Below are positions 13,368 through 25,069 of a DNA stretch of 25,619 nucleotides, piece by piece. Source of the DNA: Octopus sinensis (taxonomy: Eukaryota); contig NW_021836013.1 of NCBI RefSeq assembly GCF_006345805.1, positions 1 to 25,619 of the forward strand, written 5' to 3'. Below the pieces are notes generated by a model, which ran no database searches, was not told the DNA's origin, and saw nothing but the letters and a program-made list of their open reading frames with translations. Each line of letters begins with the position of its first letter. Positions within the stretch are counted from its first letter, which is position 1. Made by a program: the position numbers and the translations under genes.

Positions 13368-14062
13368 CTCTTTTACTTGTTTCAGCCATGCGCAGCACCA
13401 CCGTAATATTTCTGATTTCCTCAGTCTGGGGTGTTTCACATCACCACTCCTGTATGCTCCTTTGTCCCACCTCTTGGCTCATTTGGTTTATAATTGAGTT
13501 TAATTCCGCTGCCCTCGTCTGCACCTCATGTCGGGCTGTTGGTTCACCCGGTATTGTGGAGAGGAGGATGTCTAGTTCCTTTTTGAAGACATTTACTTCC
13601 ACCTCAAGCAGATTTCTTAATTTTTGTAGCAGGACATTGAAGAGCTGTGGGCCTTTGAATCCTAGACTATTGCAGTATCTGGTTCTGAATTTAGATGGAG
13701 TAGATGATACCTTTGATACAATACAATGGCGGCCAGTTCTGGCATTTCTATAACACTCAATGCCGAAATTCGGTACTAGCCCTTCTAGAGTTTTCCATAT
13801 GTAGATTATTACATATATGTCGCGCCTTCACTCCAGAGAACAAAGTTTTCTCAGCCCATCCCTGTAGCTAATCCGCTGCACTGTTTCAATCTTTTTAGTG
13901 TAGTGACGTTGGAGTGCTTCAAGCCCCCACCCCTGTTAGTTTGGCACTATGTGGTGATCATAACTGGGAGCAGTAGTCCAGGCGACTGAGAACAAAAGTT
14001 CTCCACAAGGTCAACATAGTTTGTTGGTCTCTTGTTTTGAAGGACTTCAGTATCCATTCAGT
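13368..14062 (-). mobile_element. Decayed 3' fragment of a CR1/L2-group LINE
   Basis: Minus: WILKSFKTRDQQTMLTLWRTFVLSRLDYCSQL*SP...IIYIWKTLEGLVPNFG...KGPQLFNVL...FKR.LD; these are post-RT motifs of CR1-like ORF2, with stops and frameshifts. Confidence 0.85.
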
Positions 14063-14096
14063 TAAATTTCTGGTGAAATATTATCTTGGTTAATAT

Positions 14097-14582
14097 ATTC
14101 ATCCGCGTTTATCACGGGGTTTAGGTTAAAAGTGATAACTGAATCAGTGATAAATAAATCATAACCATGCATTGTAAATGGAACGATTCAGTAAGAAAGC
14201 CGCGCGGCTGAAAGCCACGTGTCTTCTTAATCATCTCTGCTTTTATCTGTAAACTCGACTACAGCGCTTGATTGGATGAGGAACCTTTGAATTTTTTCCT
14301 ATTCACTGGTACCATGTTGATTGTAAGAAAATTTGTATGAAAAATATACAACTTCGAAGCACAATCATGTAAGCACAAACAGCAGCCAGAGCATTACGGG
14401 TAGCTGTGCACCGTGGGTAGTCCCTTGGGCGTGTTTTTGCGCTAGAAATAGAATCTTCTTACACTGATAACCGACCCGTGATATCACAGGTCAATCTATG
14501 ATAAGCGTAACACAATCCATAATTGCACGTACAGTGTTGTCCTGGACCCGTGATAAGTGAACCAGCGATAAACGAGGCCACA
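14097..14582. mobile_element. Tigger/pogo-like MITE (degenerate TIRs)
   Basis: Left CGTTTATCACGGGGT (14106-14120) is complementary to right-end ACCCGTGATAA and GCGATAAACGAGG (14546-14577); TA-rich flanks; no ORF. Confidence 0.5.
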
Positions 14583-14767
14583 TATAACATAATTAATTCG
14601 TAGAATAAAAATATAAAACTATTTACTTAAAACAATTTTAAAAAAGACTATATCTTAATTATCATCCGAACACTTAACGAAGATTATTTCCTTTCGATCA
14701 TATTTGTATATTCTAATTATTTCCACTAAACGTGAAAAGCAATCATTAAACGGAACGAAACTTACAT

Positions 14768-14803
<36 letters not shown>

Positions 14804-14805
14804 AT

Positions 14806-14843
<38 letters not shown>

Positions 14844-15440
14844 TAGATACATACATATATATGTATATATATACATACATACATACATACACACACATAT
14901 ATATATATAAATGTATATATATACATACATACATACATATATACATACATGCATACATATATACATACATACATATATATATACACATATTTATATTTAT
15001 ATAATACATAAACATACATATATAAATATGATTAATGAATAGACATAATATTGATAATTACTTGTGATTAATCTAATAATGCAATAGAATGCTGTTAGAA
15101 AATTACTAACATCAAGGTGAATGTATTTTCTTTTGATGATGCTAGATTGCGGATAATTATTGCAGTTATTAAATTATTACATACGATAATTATTACACAC
15201 AATAATTATATGACATTTTCGATTATCGCATTTTTTTTCTTTACTAATTAATTGAAATGGAAACTTTCTTCTGAGTTTGAATTTGCTGTTGTGTATATGT
15301 ATTATGTATATATATATAAATATATTACTGTGCATTGAGTAGGATAAATAGTCTAATATTAAGGTATAAAAGCCCTCGACGGAAAAAAAAAGAGTAGGGT
15401 TTGCCGTACGCATGTCAAAATGGTGCTTATTATTCAGATT

Positions 15441-15642
15441 CTTTTATTTGTTTCAGTCATTTGACTGCAGCCATGCTGGAGAAGCGCCTTTAATCGAGCA
15501 AATCGACGCCAGGACTTATTCTTTGTAGGCCTAGTACTTATTGTATCGGTCTATTTTACCGAAACGCTAACTTACGGGAACGTAAACACACCAGCATTGG
15601 TTGTCAAGCGATGATTAGTGGGGGAGGTGAAACAAACGCACA
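15441..15642 (-). mobile_element. Family S SINE, 3' part of a split copy
   Basis: Reverse complement matches the family S tail (GCTGGTGTGTTTACG...AAGAATAAGTCCTGG...TGACTGAAACAAATAAAAG). Confidence 0.88.
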
Positions 15643-15752
15643 AATACATACATGCATACATATATACATGCATACATACATACATACACACACACAGACA
15701 CAAACAGACAAACACACAACACACACACATACACACACACAGGCACATATAT

Positions 15753-15794
<42 letters not shown>

Positions 15795-15796
<2 letters not shown>

Positions 15797-15966
15797 TAAT
15801 CCAAACAAGAAAACAGAAAAGACAACAACACAAAGAGGTGGAACAATTAAAGTATCATTATTAGGCGCTCAGGAAAAAAGGGAAGAAGGAGGGTATGACG
15901 TTTCGAGCGGAGCTCTTCGTCGGAAACATAAGAGAAAGAAAGATTCTGAGGTGGGAGGACAGAGGG

Positions 15967-15969
<3 letters not shown>
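15795..15969 (-). mobile_element. HHR-bearing module, family A copy 2 (HHR 15893-15927)
   Basis: Minus GTTT-CCGACGA-A-GAGC-tcc-GCTC-GAAA-CG-T-C-ATAC; U4 changed to C; (TA)n on both sides. Confidence 0.8.
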
Positions 15970-16005
<36 letters not shown>

Positions 16006-16087
16006 GGTCCCGGGTTGAGTCAGGGTTAACCACAGTAAATAAGGTACTCAATACATAGCAGAGTAAATTAATTTATTTTATAGAAGG

Positions 16088-16138
16088 AGCTTCTACAGGA
16101 CTAGAACTGTTTCATTCAAATGAAATCTTCAGGAAGCT
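16088..16138 (-). ncRNA. Type I hammerhead ribozyme motif (family 3)
   Basis: Exact reverse complement of 16367-16417. Confidence 0.85.
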
Positions 16139-16366
16139 GGCTGTCAAAATAAGGTCTGGTATTTATACATTTAGGCAGATTTAATGGGGGGGTGGTGGGG
16201 GACGTTTTTGGGGTATTTATTCATTTATTTACTTTATCACTGATTCTTTCGACCACTCCCCTAAGAACGATAGTTTGTGCCCTGCTTACCCAAAAAACGT
16301 CCCCCACCACCACCACCCCATTAAATCTGCCTAAATGTATAAATACCAGACCTTATTTTGACAGCC

Positions 16367-16417
16367 AGCTTCCTGAAGATTTCATTTGAATGAAACAGTT
16401 CTAGTCCTGTAGAAGCT
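16367..16417 (+). ncRNA. Type I hammerhead ribozyme motif (family 3)
   Basis: AGCTTC-CTGAAGA-T-TTC-attt-GAA-T-GAAA-CAG-ttctagtc-CTG-T-A-GAAGCT. Stem I 6 bp, helix III 4 bp, GUA triplet, cleavage predicted after A16411; U-U at 10.1/11.1. Confidence 0.85.
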
Positions 16418-16431
16418 CCTTCTATAAAATA

Positions 16432-16463
<32 letters not shown>

Positions 16464-16472
<9 letters not shown>

Positions 16473-16820
16473 TACAGGACACCACAAATAAACGTAGAAC
16501 ACAACGAGAAACGAAAACATAAAAACAAACAAGGAAACGGACTTTTTTTAACAACGAAAAAACAGAGTACAAGACAAACAATACAAGGAATATTCCCCTT
16601 CATCAGCTGCCCCTGGTCCGACTCAATGCGTGTTTCGAAGGTAAGGGTAGAACAAGATCCGGCCGAGGCAGGGGCAGCTGATGAAGGGGAATATTCCTTG
16701 TATTGTTTGTCTTGTACTCTGTTTTTTCGTTGTTAAAAAAAGTCCGTTTCCTTGTTTGTTTTTATGTTTTCGTTTCTCGTTGTGTTCTACGTTTATTTGT
16801 GGTGTCCTGTACTCATATAT
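16464..16820. repeat. Perfect 152-bp inverted repeat (16464-16615 and 16669-16820) with 53-nt spacer
   Basis: The ORF track gives identical MKGNIPCIVCLVLCFFVVKKSPFPCLFLCFRFSLCSTFICGVLYSY from both strands; (TA)n flanks. Confidence 0.96.
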
Positions 16821-16897
16821 GCATATATATATACATATAGATGTAGGTATGTACATATATGTATGTATGTATGCATATGTTTTATTTGTTAAATTGT

Positions 16898-16932
<35 letters not shown>

Positions 16933-16933
<1 letters not shown>

Positions 16934-17019
16934 CGGGTTTCTTTCAGTTTCCGTCTACCAAATCCACTCAGAAGGCTTTGGTAAGCCCGAGGCTATAGTA
17001 GAAGACACTTGCCCAAGGT
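16933..17019 (-). mobile_element. Family S SINE, central part of the split copy (head missing)
   Basis: Reverse complement ACCTTGGGCAAGTGTCTTCTACTATAGCCTCGGG...GACGGAAACTGAAAGAAACCCGTT. Confidence 0.88.
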
Positions 17020-17020
17020 A

Positions 17021-17186
17021 CATTTCTTCCAACTCTTTATGTTCTGAGTTCAAATTCTGTCGATTTAACTCGGCGTTAATTTTGCGTTTCATCCCTGTGG
17101 TTGATAAAATCAAGTACCGGATGAATTTTAATTAACTAACCCCTTTTACCCCAAACTGCTGGCTGTGTACCTAATTCGGAAACCTT
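17021..17186 (+). mobile_element. Degenerate family T SINE fragment
   Basis: TTATGTTCTGAGTTCAAATTCTG...GATAAAATCAAGTACC matches the family T body. Confidence 0.7.
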
Positions 17187-17239
17187 CATGACAGTTTAAA
17201 TTACAGGAAATCCAGCCCAATCTCTAGGACGACTAATTA

Positions 17240-18735
17240 GCACAATTCGTGTTTTTGGTATGTCGAAAACGTAACTGAGAATTGGGTGGGTTTTTCAGTA
17301 ATGGGATGAATTGTGTGAACAAGAAAGATTCCAAACAAATTTCATCAGGCACGTAACAAAAGCATGTGGAGAAATACCACATAAACCAGTGGACATGATT
17401 TTCTTTAACACCATCAAGACGTTTGATTTCGTAATTAGTGAAACTGTGAGAAAAGTACTCGCTAAACATGGCGACCGGCAAAGATTCATCGCAATATGAA
17501 AGCTGAAGTCCAGTGCCAGTCTTAAATAACAAATCAGGTGAAGGTCCAGTTTAAAGTGAGAACTGAAGTAAAGGATGGATGCTTGCTTACCCCTATTCTC
17601 TTCTCTATCTTTCTCTCAGCCGTACTTGAGTCTACTACGGGGAAACCGCTGTTTAATTCAATTTTCGTATCTCACAAATAACAAGTTATTCATCATTGGC
17701 AGACTCCATACAGGAACAAAAAGACTACGAGTTTCCACTGAAGCATATGAAATCATGGGTGTGACTGTTGTGAGCATAACTAAAACAAAAGTCTTGCTTT
17801 AGCAAGCAACGCACAAGTAATAAGTAATAAGCGGTGGTGTCGTAAGGGTTGATAGGTCGTGATCATAATGTCAGTGGCGTTGAAAACACACAAGTAATAA
17901 ATCGGTCCAGCAATTTAGATTCATCGACAGATGGTGGAAATTGTAAGGCACTACCAATAAATGGGTATTCACCTATCATTAAACATAGAATTTGATAAGG
18001 AAATCCAACACTAGATCAAATGTGCCAACGTAACTGTAGATCGCATGGGAAGACGGATATATGAGAAACATGGTCAGAGACAAGCAACCAAATGTATGCT
18101 GAACAAGGCTGTTGTTGTACTCTCTTATATGGGTCTGAAACCTAGAGAAGTTGAAGGTGACTTCTCCATTAATTGGGTTTATATTTCCAGAGGTGTCTGA
18201 GAGAAATCATGCACGGAAAAGACTGGGGAAGGCCAGCGTGGTCGAGCTGACCGTTTGAATCCAGCATAGAATCCTTGATTATGTCACACTAGCTATGATG
18301 GGATGGCCATATCATGTAAATTCACCATCAGTTACTCAAGCAAGCGTTTAGTTTTCTATTAAAAGAAAGAATGCAAACGCGAGATAGACAACGGGAGAAA
18401 TTCAATAATGTATTTTAAAAAAAGACTGAGAAAAATTGTGGTATCTTTGAGTAAGAGTGGAAATAGTTGCGGCACAATAGACACAAATGGAAGGGGATAA
18501 TCTGGGATGGGGTGTAACACTTCGTCACAGCAGGAAGCGAAGAACCTCAAGGATAAATATGACGATTGAAAGTTGTGTAAAATGACGAACACAGCAGATC
18601 TTTTCTTGTGAGACACCAAATGACTGGTTTGCAACTGGACTTATTGAACTTGTATTCACATAGTCATATGTAGGTCCATAAAAGTTAAATCTGGAGGATA
18701 ATCAACCTAGACCTCGACGGATTGCCGACGATGGC
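17240..18735 (+). mobile_element. Heavily decayed RTE-clade LINE (RT to 3' end)
   Basis: MIFFNTIKTFDFVISETVRKVLAKHG..RFIAI corresponds to FIDLTKAFD..LWKIL.K.G; GCLLTPILFS corresponds to QGCVLAPTLF; VSITKTKVL corresponds to ISLKKTEV; 3' end CGACGGATTGCCGACGATG. Confidence 0.8.
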
Positions 18736-18940
18736 GATATATCTGTATCAATGCCAAAATACATGTACATACAAGCGCAGACACACATATACAGTTACAT
18801 ACATATACAAACACACATACATATACGTATGCAGTTTTGTGTCTCAACCAATCTACGTGCATGTCTCTCTCTTTCCTTCCTTCCGCTATGTATGTTTTCG
18901 CCCAGTTTTCGTCTGCTTTCCCTTCTCTTTTATGTGTATA

Positions 18941-19048
<108 letters not shown>

Positions 19049-19165
19049 AATATATAAACATACATACACACAGACTTATGGGTGATGCGTGTATCTACGT
19101 ATCTCCATTAGTAGATCTGTATCTCAATTATGTGTTTTGTGGTGTCGGTATAGCTACAAACTGCT

Positions 19166-19249
<84 letters not shown>

Positions 19250-20540
19250 CATATACACACATGTACATACATATGATATATATGTAATATAATATAGTAT
19301 ATACATGATATTATATATATATGTATATATATGTATATATATATATGAATATATATACCTAAAATTTATATGCCTGTATCTGTCTATCTGTCTGTCTTTT
19401 TATATATACACATACATACATCTAAACATAATACATAACATATCTATTTATCAGCCCACCCAACTATAGAGCAATAGACTCATCATCTATTTAATGCGTT
19501 TCTCTCATGTTGATAGCCAAAGAAATAAACAAATAAACATCCGCCATTAAACTTGAGCGGAAACAAACCATCACGCACCGCTGACATAAACACAGAACAA
19601 TAAAGTGCAGAGGTCAAATTATTGCCTCGTTATCAATTATTTGCCGATTGATAAGATAATACGACAGTGGCGAACGGTGGCGGAGGGTAGCATTCGGAAG
19701 CAGACGATAGCATTCGGTAGCAGACGATAGCGTTCGGTGGCTGGAGGTGGTTATACTACTTATGAAAATGTTTGCCATTCAAGACAATATGTGTGGCTAG
19801 TCAAAATGGCTGCTATATGCAGTGTCGTTTGTAAGATAGGTGTTATAAGAGAGGGTAGCGTTGATGTCTATGGCGGTGGTGTCGTAAGGGTTTATAGGTC
19901 GTGATCGTAATGTCAGTGGCATTGAAAAGGCAGATGGTTGTGGTGGTTGAGGTGGTGGTGACTTTTGTTTTAGTTATCAATTAATAGTCAATATAATTTG
20001 CCAACGAATGCTTACATGTCGGCCCAAGTATTTCTCTTGTGGCTGGTACTAAAAAGTTAGAAGTCGCTCACCAGAGCCAAACTACCGTGACAAAAGGTCA
20101 TAAAGGTGAATTGAATGTTAAATACGGCTTGTCATTCCTCGAGACTGTTATAAAAAATTAAACAAACATCGTTTATGATTATATGTCTTTCTTTCGCCCT
20201 ATTCTACCCCTCATATCTCGTTCATTATGTGTACGAATTTACGTATATCTGTATTCATGTATGTATTTATGTATGTATGTGTGCGCGTATACACACACAC
20301 ACATACACACACACACACACACACGTGTAAATGCGTATTCAGAAACGCACACACTTATATGTAACATGCACCTGTGTATATATGTATGCATGTATTTATC
20401 TGTCTGTCTCTCTGTCAATCTATCTCTTCTTATATGTGTGTGTGTGTGGTAGATGGTTATTCTGGCTTATGTATGTATATATATATATATATATAATATA
20501 TATAATATATATTAATATATATATATTATATATTATATAT

Positions 20541-21198
20541 ATATTGTATAGAGGGCATTATTACACATAAATGCCTCACACTAGGAGGGACAAAGTCATT
20601 ACTACCAAAATTATACTAATCATACCCAAATGCAGTTTTTCAAAGCAAGACATTTAAAAATGAATTTAGTTCTGTATCACCGTGATTTCACATTCACTTA
20701 CGTCTAATGATCCTCAGCAGAACTGATTCTGAACACATCATAAATAAACTACCAACCTTACGTAGCGAGACGAACAGACAACTGCTCACTCCGGCCAAGC
20801 ACAGGGAATTTATAAATCATATATCCGGTAAATGGCGGGCTTTTTACGAACTGCACGTCGGGTAATGAAAAGTATTTCGAATAAGTTTACAATTAAGGAT
20901 AATCTCTTAATAAGGGATCTTAACAAGAAATTATCGGGTAGCTAGCGTGAAAACCTCATAAAAGAAAGAATTCGAAAATAATTTTTTTCTTTTGAACAAA
21001 TTAATTATATCTATATTGTATAGAGGGCATTATTACACATAAATGCCTCACACTAGGAGGGACACAGTCATTACTACCAAAATTATACTAATCATACCCA
21101 AATGCAGTTTTTCAAAGCAAGACATTTAAAAAATGAATTTAGTTCTGTATCTTGTTAAGATCCCTTATTAAGAGATTATCCTTAATTGTTAAACTTAT
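20541..21198 (-). mobile_element. HHR-bearing retrozyme-like/mini-Penelope unit: about 138-bp direct repeats (20541-20678, 21013-21151) 472-473 nt apart, plus a 48-bp inverted cap (21150-21198, copy of 20881-20928)
   Basis: Repeats checked base by base; (TA)n on both sides; no ORF. Confidence 0.85.
20668..20724 (-). ncRNA. Type I hammerhead ribozyme motif (family 4)
   Basis: Minus AGTTCTG-CTGAGGA-T-CATT-ag-AC-gtaa-GT-g-AATG-T-GAAA-TCA-cgg-TGA-T-A-CAGAACT. Stem I 7 bp, GNRA-capped stem II, helix III 4 bp, AUA triplet; cleavage predicted between 20675 and 20674. Confidence 0.88.
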
Positions 21199-21439
21199 AT
21201 ATATATATATATATATAATATATATATATAATCCAGAACAGCCATCTAATATACACACACATAGACACACATATATATATTCATGACTGTCTATATGTAG
21301 GTACATATATGTGTGTGCGTGTGTGTGTGTGCGAGGGGGTGCGCGCGTTTATGTATATAGATATTTATATATGTTTGTATACATGTACATATGTGTATAT
21401 TTATATGTCACTGCGCGTTTATATATATGTATTATATAA

Positions 21440-21741
21440 TTGTTTGTTCCTTCTCGAGCCATCCCTGGCTCATAAGGGCTGGTTTCCCGGTTTTCTTGGC
21501 GTATAGGTTCTCCACCTGGACGGGACGTCGGTCCGTCGCAGGTGAGCTGCATGATGCAGGAGGAAAGAGTGAGAGAAAGTTGTGGCGAAAGAGTCTGCAG
21601 AAGTTCGCCACCACCTTCTGCCGGAGCTGCGTGGAGCTTAGGTGTTTCGCTCATAAACACACACATCGCCCGGTCTGAGTTTCGAACCCGTGATCCCTCG
21701 ACCGCGAATCCGCTGCTCTAACTACTAGGCCATGTGCCTCC
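21440..21741 (-). mobile_element. tRNA-derived SINE, full length (fourth family)
   Basis: Minus head GGAGGCACATGGCCTAGTAGTTAGAGCAGCGG...GGGTTCGAAACTC with A/B boxes; ends GGAACAAACAA. Confidence 0.88.
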
Positions 21742-21756
21742 TCGTATTATATAATA

Positions 21757-22152
21757 TTCTAGCTTAAAAGCCGCACTCCGTGCGGACTTTTCAGCTGGCA
21801 CCTGTGGAGGGCTAATTGGACCTGTGACCCCAAACTAAAGAGAATATTAATAAAGCATTTATTTGTACCCTGCCAACATGGTGTTACTTTAAGTTCAGTT
21901 TAAATGAAGAACTTGTAAGTTCATAAATTTTTGGAGTTCTTTTAAAATTAGAACTTTCAACTGTTAGCATATGACAAATCTTCATGCAGATCTGATCTCA
22001 ATGCTGGGTGTTCGAGAATCAAATGGACTGATTTTCAATCTTGGGATCATTCTGATTCCAAAAAAGGCATAATATGTCTATGTAGAGCAAATGTAGACGA
22101 AGATACCGGGGTCCCGGACGGACGGTCAGACAGAATTTCGCGTTTATTATTA
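21757..22152 (+). mobile_element. Possible non-autonomous Helitron/Helentron-like element
   Basis: 5' CTAGC followed by hairpin CCGCAC-tcc-GTGCGG (21771-21785); 3' GGACGGACGG...ACAGAATTTCGCGTTTATTATT is reminiscent of Lep1/DINE-like ends, recalled from memory. Confidence 0.4.
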
Positions 22153-22506
22153 CAGGTATATTTACACCCCCACACGCACACAGACACACAGACACACATA
22201 TATACATAGAGGAGAGAAAATAGGACGCGAAAAGGAGATAACGTGTGTGTGTGTGTGTGTGTGATAGTGAGAGAGACGCACAAGAAGGCTATTCAGCGTC
22301 ACCATCAGTCCCTCTCATTCACCCGTGAAGCAACTGAATGACAGGATAAAGTGGACCTTACCTATGCTATCCATCAAACACATAATGGTAACCCAACAGT
22401 CTGTGGCACCATGAGGCCGCCAGCCAATACTTCTGATAACATCCTATAGCAGAAAGTTCTAATCAAAGAGCTAAGGGGCCTCATGAAGTTAGGCTTTCTA
22501 TTAATA

Positions 22507-22570
22507 GGCGCAGGAGTAGCTGTGTGGTAATTAGCTTGCTGACCAACCACATGGTTCCGGGTTCAGTCCC
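22507..22570 (+). mobile_element. Family S SINE, tRNA head only
   Basis: GGCGCAGGAGTAGCTGTGTGGTAA...GGTTCAGTCCC, then similarity stops. Confidence 0.85.
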
Positions 22571-22727
22571 GGACATTTGTTGATGGATCTGTATAATATA
22601 TATTCATTTATACACATATTCGTACATGTATAAATATACATGTGTATATATATTAATTGATATTTACATGTATACATATATGTGTGTATATACGCATGTA
22701 CAAACACCTGTAACACGCCCTCAAACA

Positions 22728-22785
<58 letters not shown>

Positions 22786-22813
22786 ATAATACCTGTACAT
22801 CATCTCCAAACCT

Positions 22814-22872
<59 letters not shown>

Positions 22873-22895
22873 TATATGTATGTATATATTGCACT

Positions 22896-22949
<54 letters not shown>

Positions 22950-23151
22950 CATACATACATACATATATATATATTTATTTCTATACATATGCAGAGATAC
23001 ATATAGGAATAACATTTAATGAGATAAAAGTGGGTATGATGCACTCACACACACATGCATCTATATACATTCATATACGTTTACATTGACATATAAACAT
23101 ATACATATTTGTTTAACATATATATATATCTATATATACATATATATATAT

Positions 23152-23207
<56 letters not shown>

Positions 23208-23897
23208 TCATTCACACACACATATACGTGCTTAGACATATGCATACATATGTATTCACATAAGGAAACAAACGCCTGCACACACACACACACACACGCG
23301 CGTGCACGCAGACGTACACACACACGCATTCGTATACGTGCATGCACATACACATATGAATAAAAGTGACATCTAATGAGATAAAGAAACCGTAAGAAGA
23401 TCGCTGCAAGATTCTCTGCGACATAATTCATCAAATCAAGCTGCATCTTTAAATGCCAACTTTATAATAATATTTAAACTAGCGATAAGTCATTCCAATT
23501 ACGAACTGTAGACAAATTGAATCGCTAATGTTAGAGTAATCAGTCAAAGACTTTAGAATTCGTGCACAAGACGCCAGTTTTCAAAGTAAGGGAGACAAAT
23601 GTGAAAGGAAAGCGCATTACGTATGCCAACAGTTAATCACCGCTGCGCAACCGTTTGAATCCTGGCGTTATCCGAACTGTCATAATAGAATCCCAATTTA
23701 AGCTCGGTTGGCACAGCTGTGCAAGAACTGGAGCAAACCTGCCGGATTCAATATTGATGGGACAAAGAATTTCGTCAAGAAACGATAGCTGATTCGTTAT
23801 GTGTATATGTGTGCGTGCGTGTGTGTGGTGTGTGTGTATGTATACATGTGTTGCGTGTGTGTTTGTAAGAGTTTGTTAACGTTTGTGTTTATACCTC

Positions 23898-23934
<37 letters not shown>

Positions 23935-24076
23935 TTTGTGCATGTGTGTGCTCACTACATGATTCTTTCTCCCACACAACAACGATCGGTATCTAACAAA
24001 GAGACGATTCGATTTTATTGACATTTTACAGATCAAATCAAACACTGACTTTTAGTGAAGTGTGTGTGTGTATACA

Positions 24077-24114
<38 letters not shown>

Positions 24115-24402
24115 ACACAGACACAGACAGACAGACAGACAGACACACACACACACACACACATACACACACATATATATAAAGTGTGTTACTGTCTGGG
24201 GGAGATCTTTATGGTAGTAGAAAAGGTATTTTAACTCCTATTTCTAAATTCGGTAAAGCAATTAGCTGACCCCTGATTATAATTATATTTATAATTATAG
24301 GATATTTGTATGATTTTACCTAAAAAGGTTATTTTAACGTACCGACCTACTTGGTAAAATTATTAATCAATTAATTGATTAATTAATTAATTAATTTTAC
24401 CC

Positions 24403-24456
<54 letters not shown>

Positions 24457-24499
24457 TATATCTATATATATATATATATATATTACTACACATATATAT

Positions 24500-24690
24500 A
24501 AATGCGACCGCGTGTGTATCGTTGGCGATTTTTTTCCCTCCGTCTTCCCTCCTTGGATCCTCCCCTTTCCTATGTTTCTGACGAAGAGATCCGCTCGAAA
24601 CGTTAAATCATCCTTCTTTCTTTCCTCTCTGAGCGTCCAATAACACTATACTTGTTGTGTTTTCTCTTTATGTTTCATGTTTGGATTAAC
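24500..24690 (+). mobile_element. HHR-bearing module, family A copy 3
   Basis: Aligns with 3419-3626; TA-flanked. Confidence 0.82.
24574..24608 (+). ncRNA. Minimal type I hammerhead motif, intact core (family A)
   Basis: GTTT-CTGACGA-A-GAG-atccg-CTC-GAAA-CG-T-T-AAAT; helix III reduced to the palindrome AACGTT. Confidence 0.75.
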
Positions 24691-24703
24691 TTAAATGGTA
24701 TAT

Positions 24704-24749
<46 letters not shown>

Positions 24750-24870
24750 TATTATATATATAGGATATATATATATATATAATATATCTATAATATATAT
24801 AATGTATGTATGTAGTGTATAGTATATTCTGTTTTAGAGCGTAATAGAGCACAGTATAAAGCTCATAGCA

Positions 24871-25069
24871 TGTTGTCAACTTCATGTGGCAGTCCCATAA
24901 AAACGGAAGAATGCTACTGCAATTTGGCCCCAGGAAACACTGTTATTTAGCCCTAGGAAACATAAGGACACAGGAAATGTGTCAAGTCCAATAGGAAACG
25001 GTGTTTCTTAGGGCTAAATAACAGCAAGATTCTTCCCTTTCATGGGACTGTCACATTAAGTTGACAACA
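24871..25069. mobile_element. About 200-bp palindromic MITE-like hairpin
   Basis: TGTTGTCAACTTCATGTGGCAGTCCCAT pairs with ATGGGACTGTCACATTAAGTTGACAACA; inner arms 24940-24962 and 25002-25024; loop hairpin GACACA-ggaaa-TGTGTC. Confidence 0.75.

Larger units (their letters stand above)
16071..16434. repeat. Near-perfect inverted repeat (arms about 16071-16215 and 16287-16434, about 70-nt spacer), one HHR per arm
   Basis: Base-by-base complementarity checked; mismatches are confined to the G/C-rich inner tract. Confidence 0.95.

Noticed and set aside
16678-16700. CTGATGA inside the 152-bp inverted repeat as a hammerhead
   Set aside because: No GAAA follows. The alternative type II pairing with TTCGAAAC in the spacer gives no stem I.
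19687-19738. About 2.5 copies of a 20-bp unit (TAGCATTCGG.AGCAGACGA)
   Set aside because: Short minisatellite with no further structure.
24352-24401. AT-only palindrome GGTAAAATTA...TAATTTTACC
   Set aside because: Expected from (TTAA)n low-complexity sequence.
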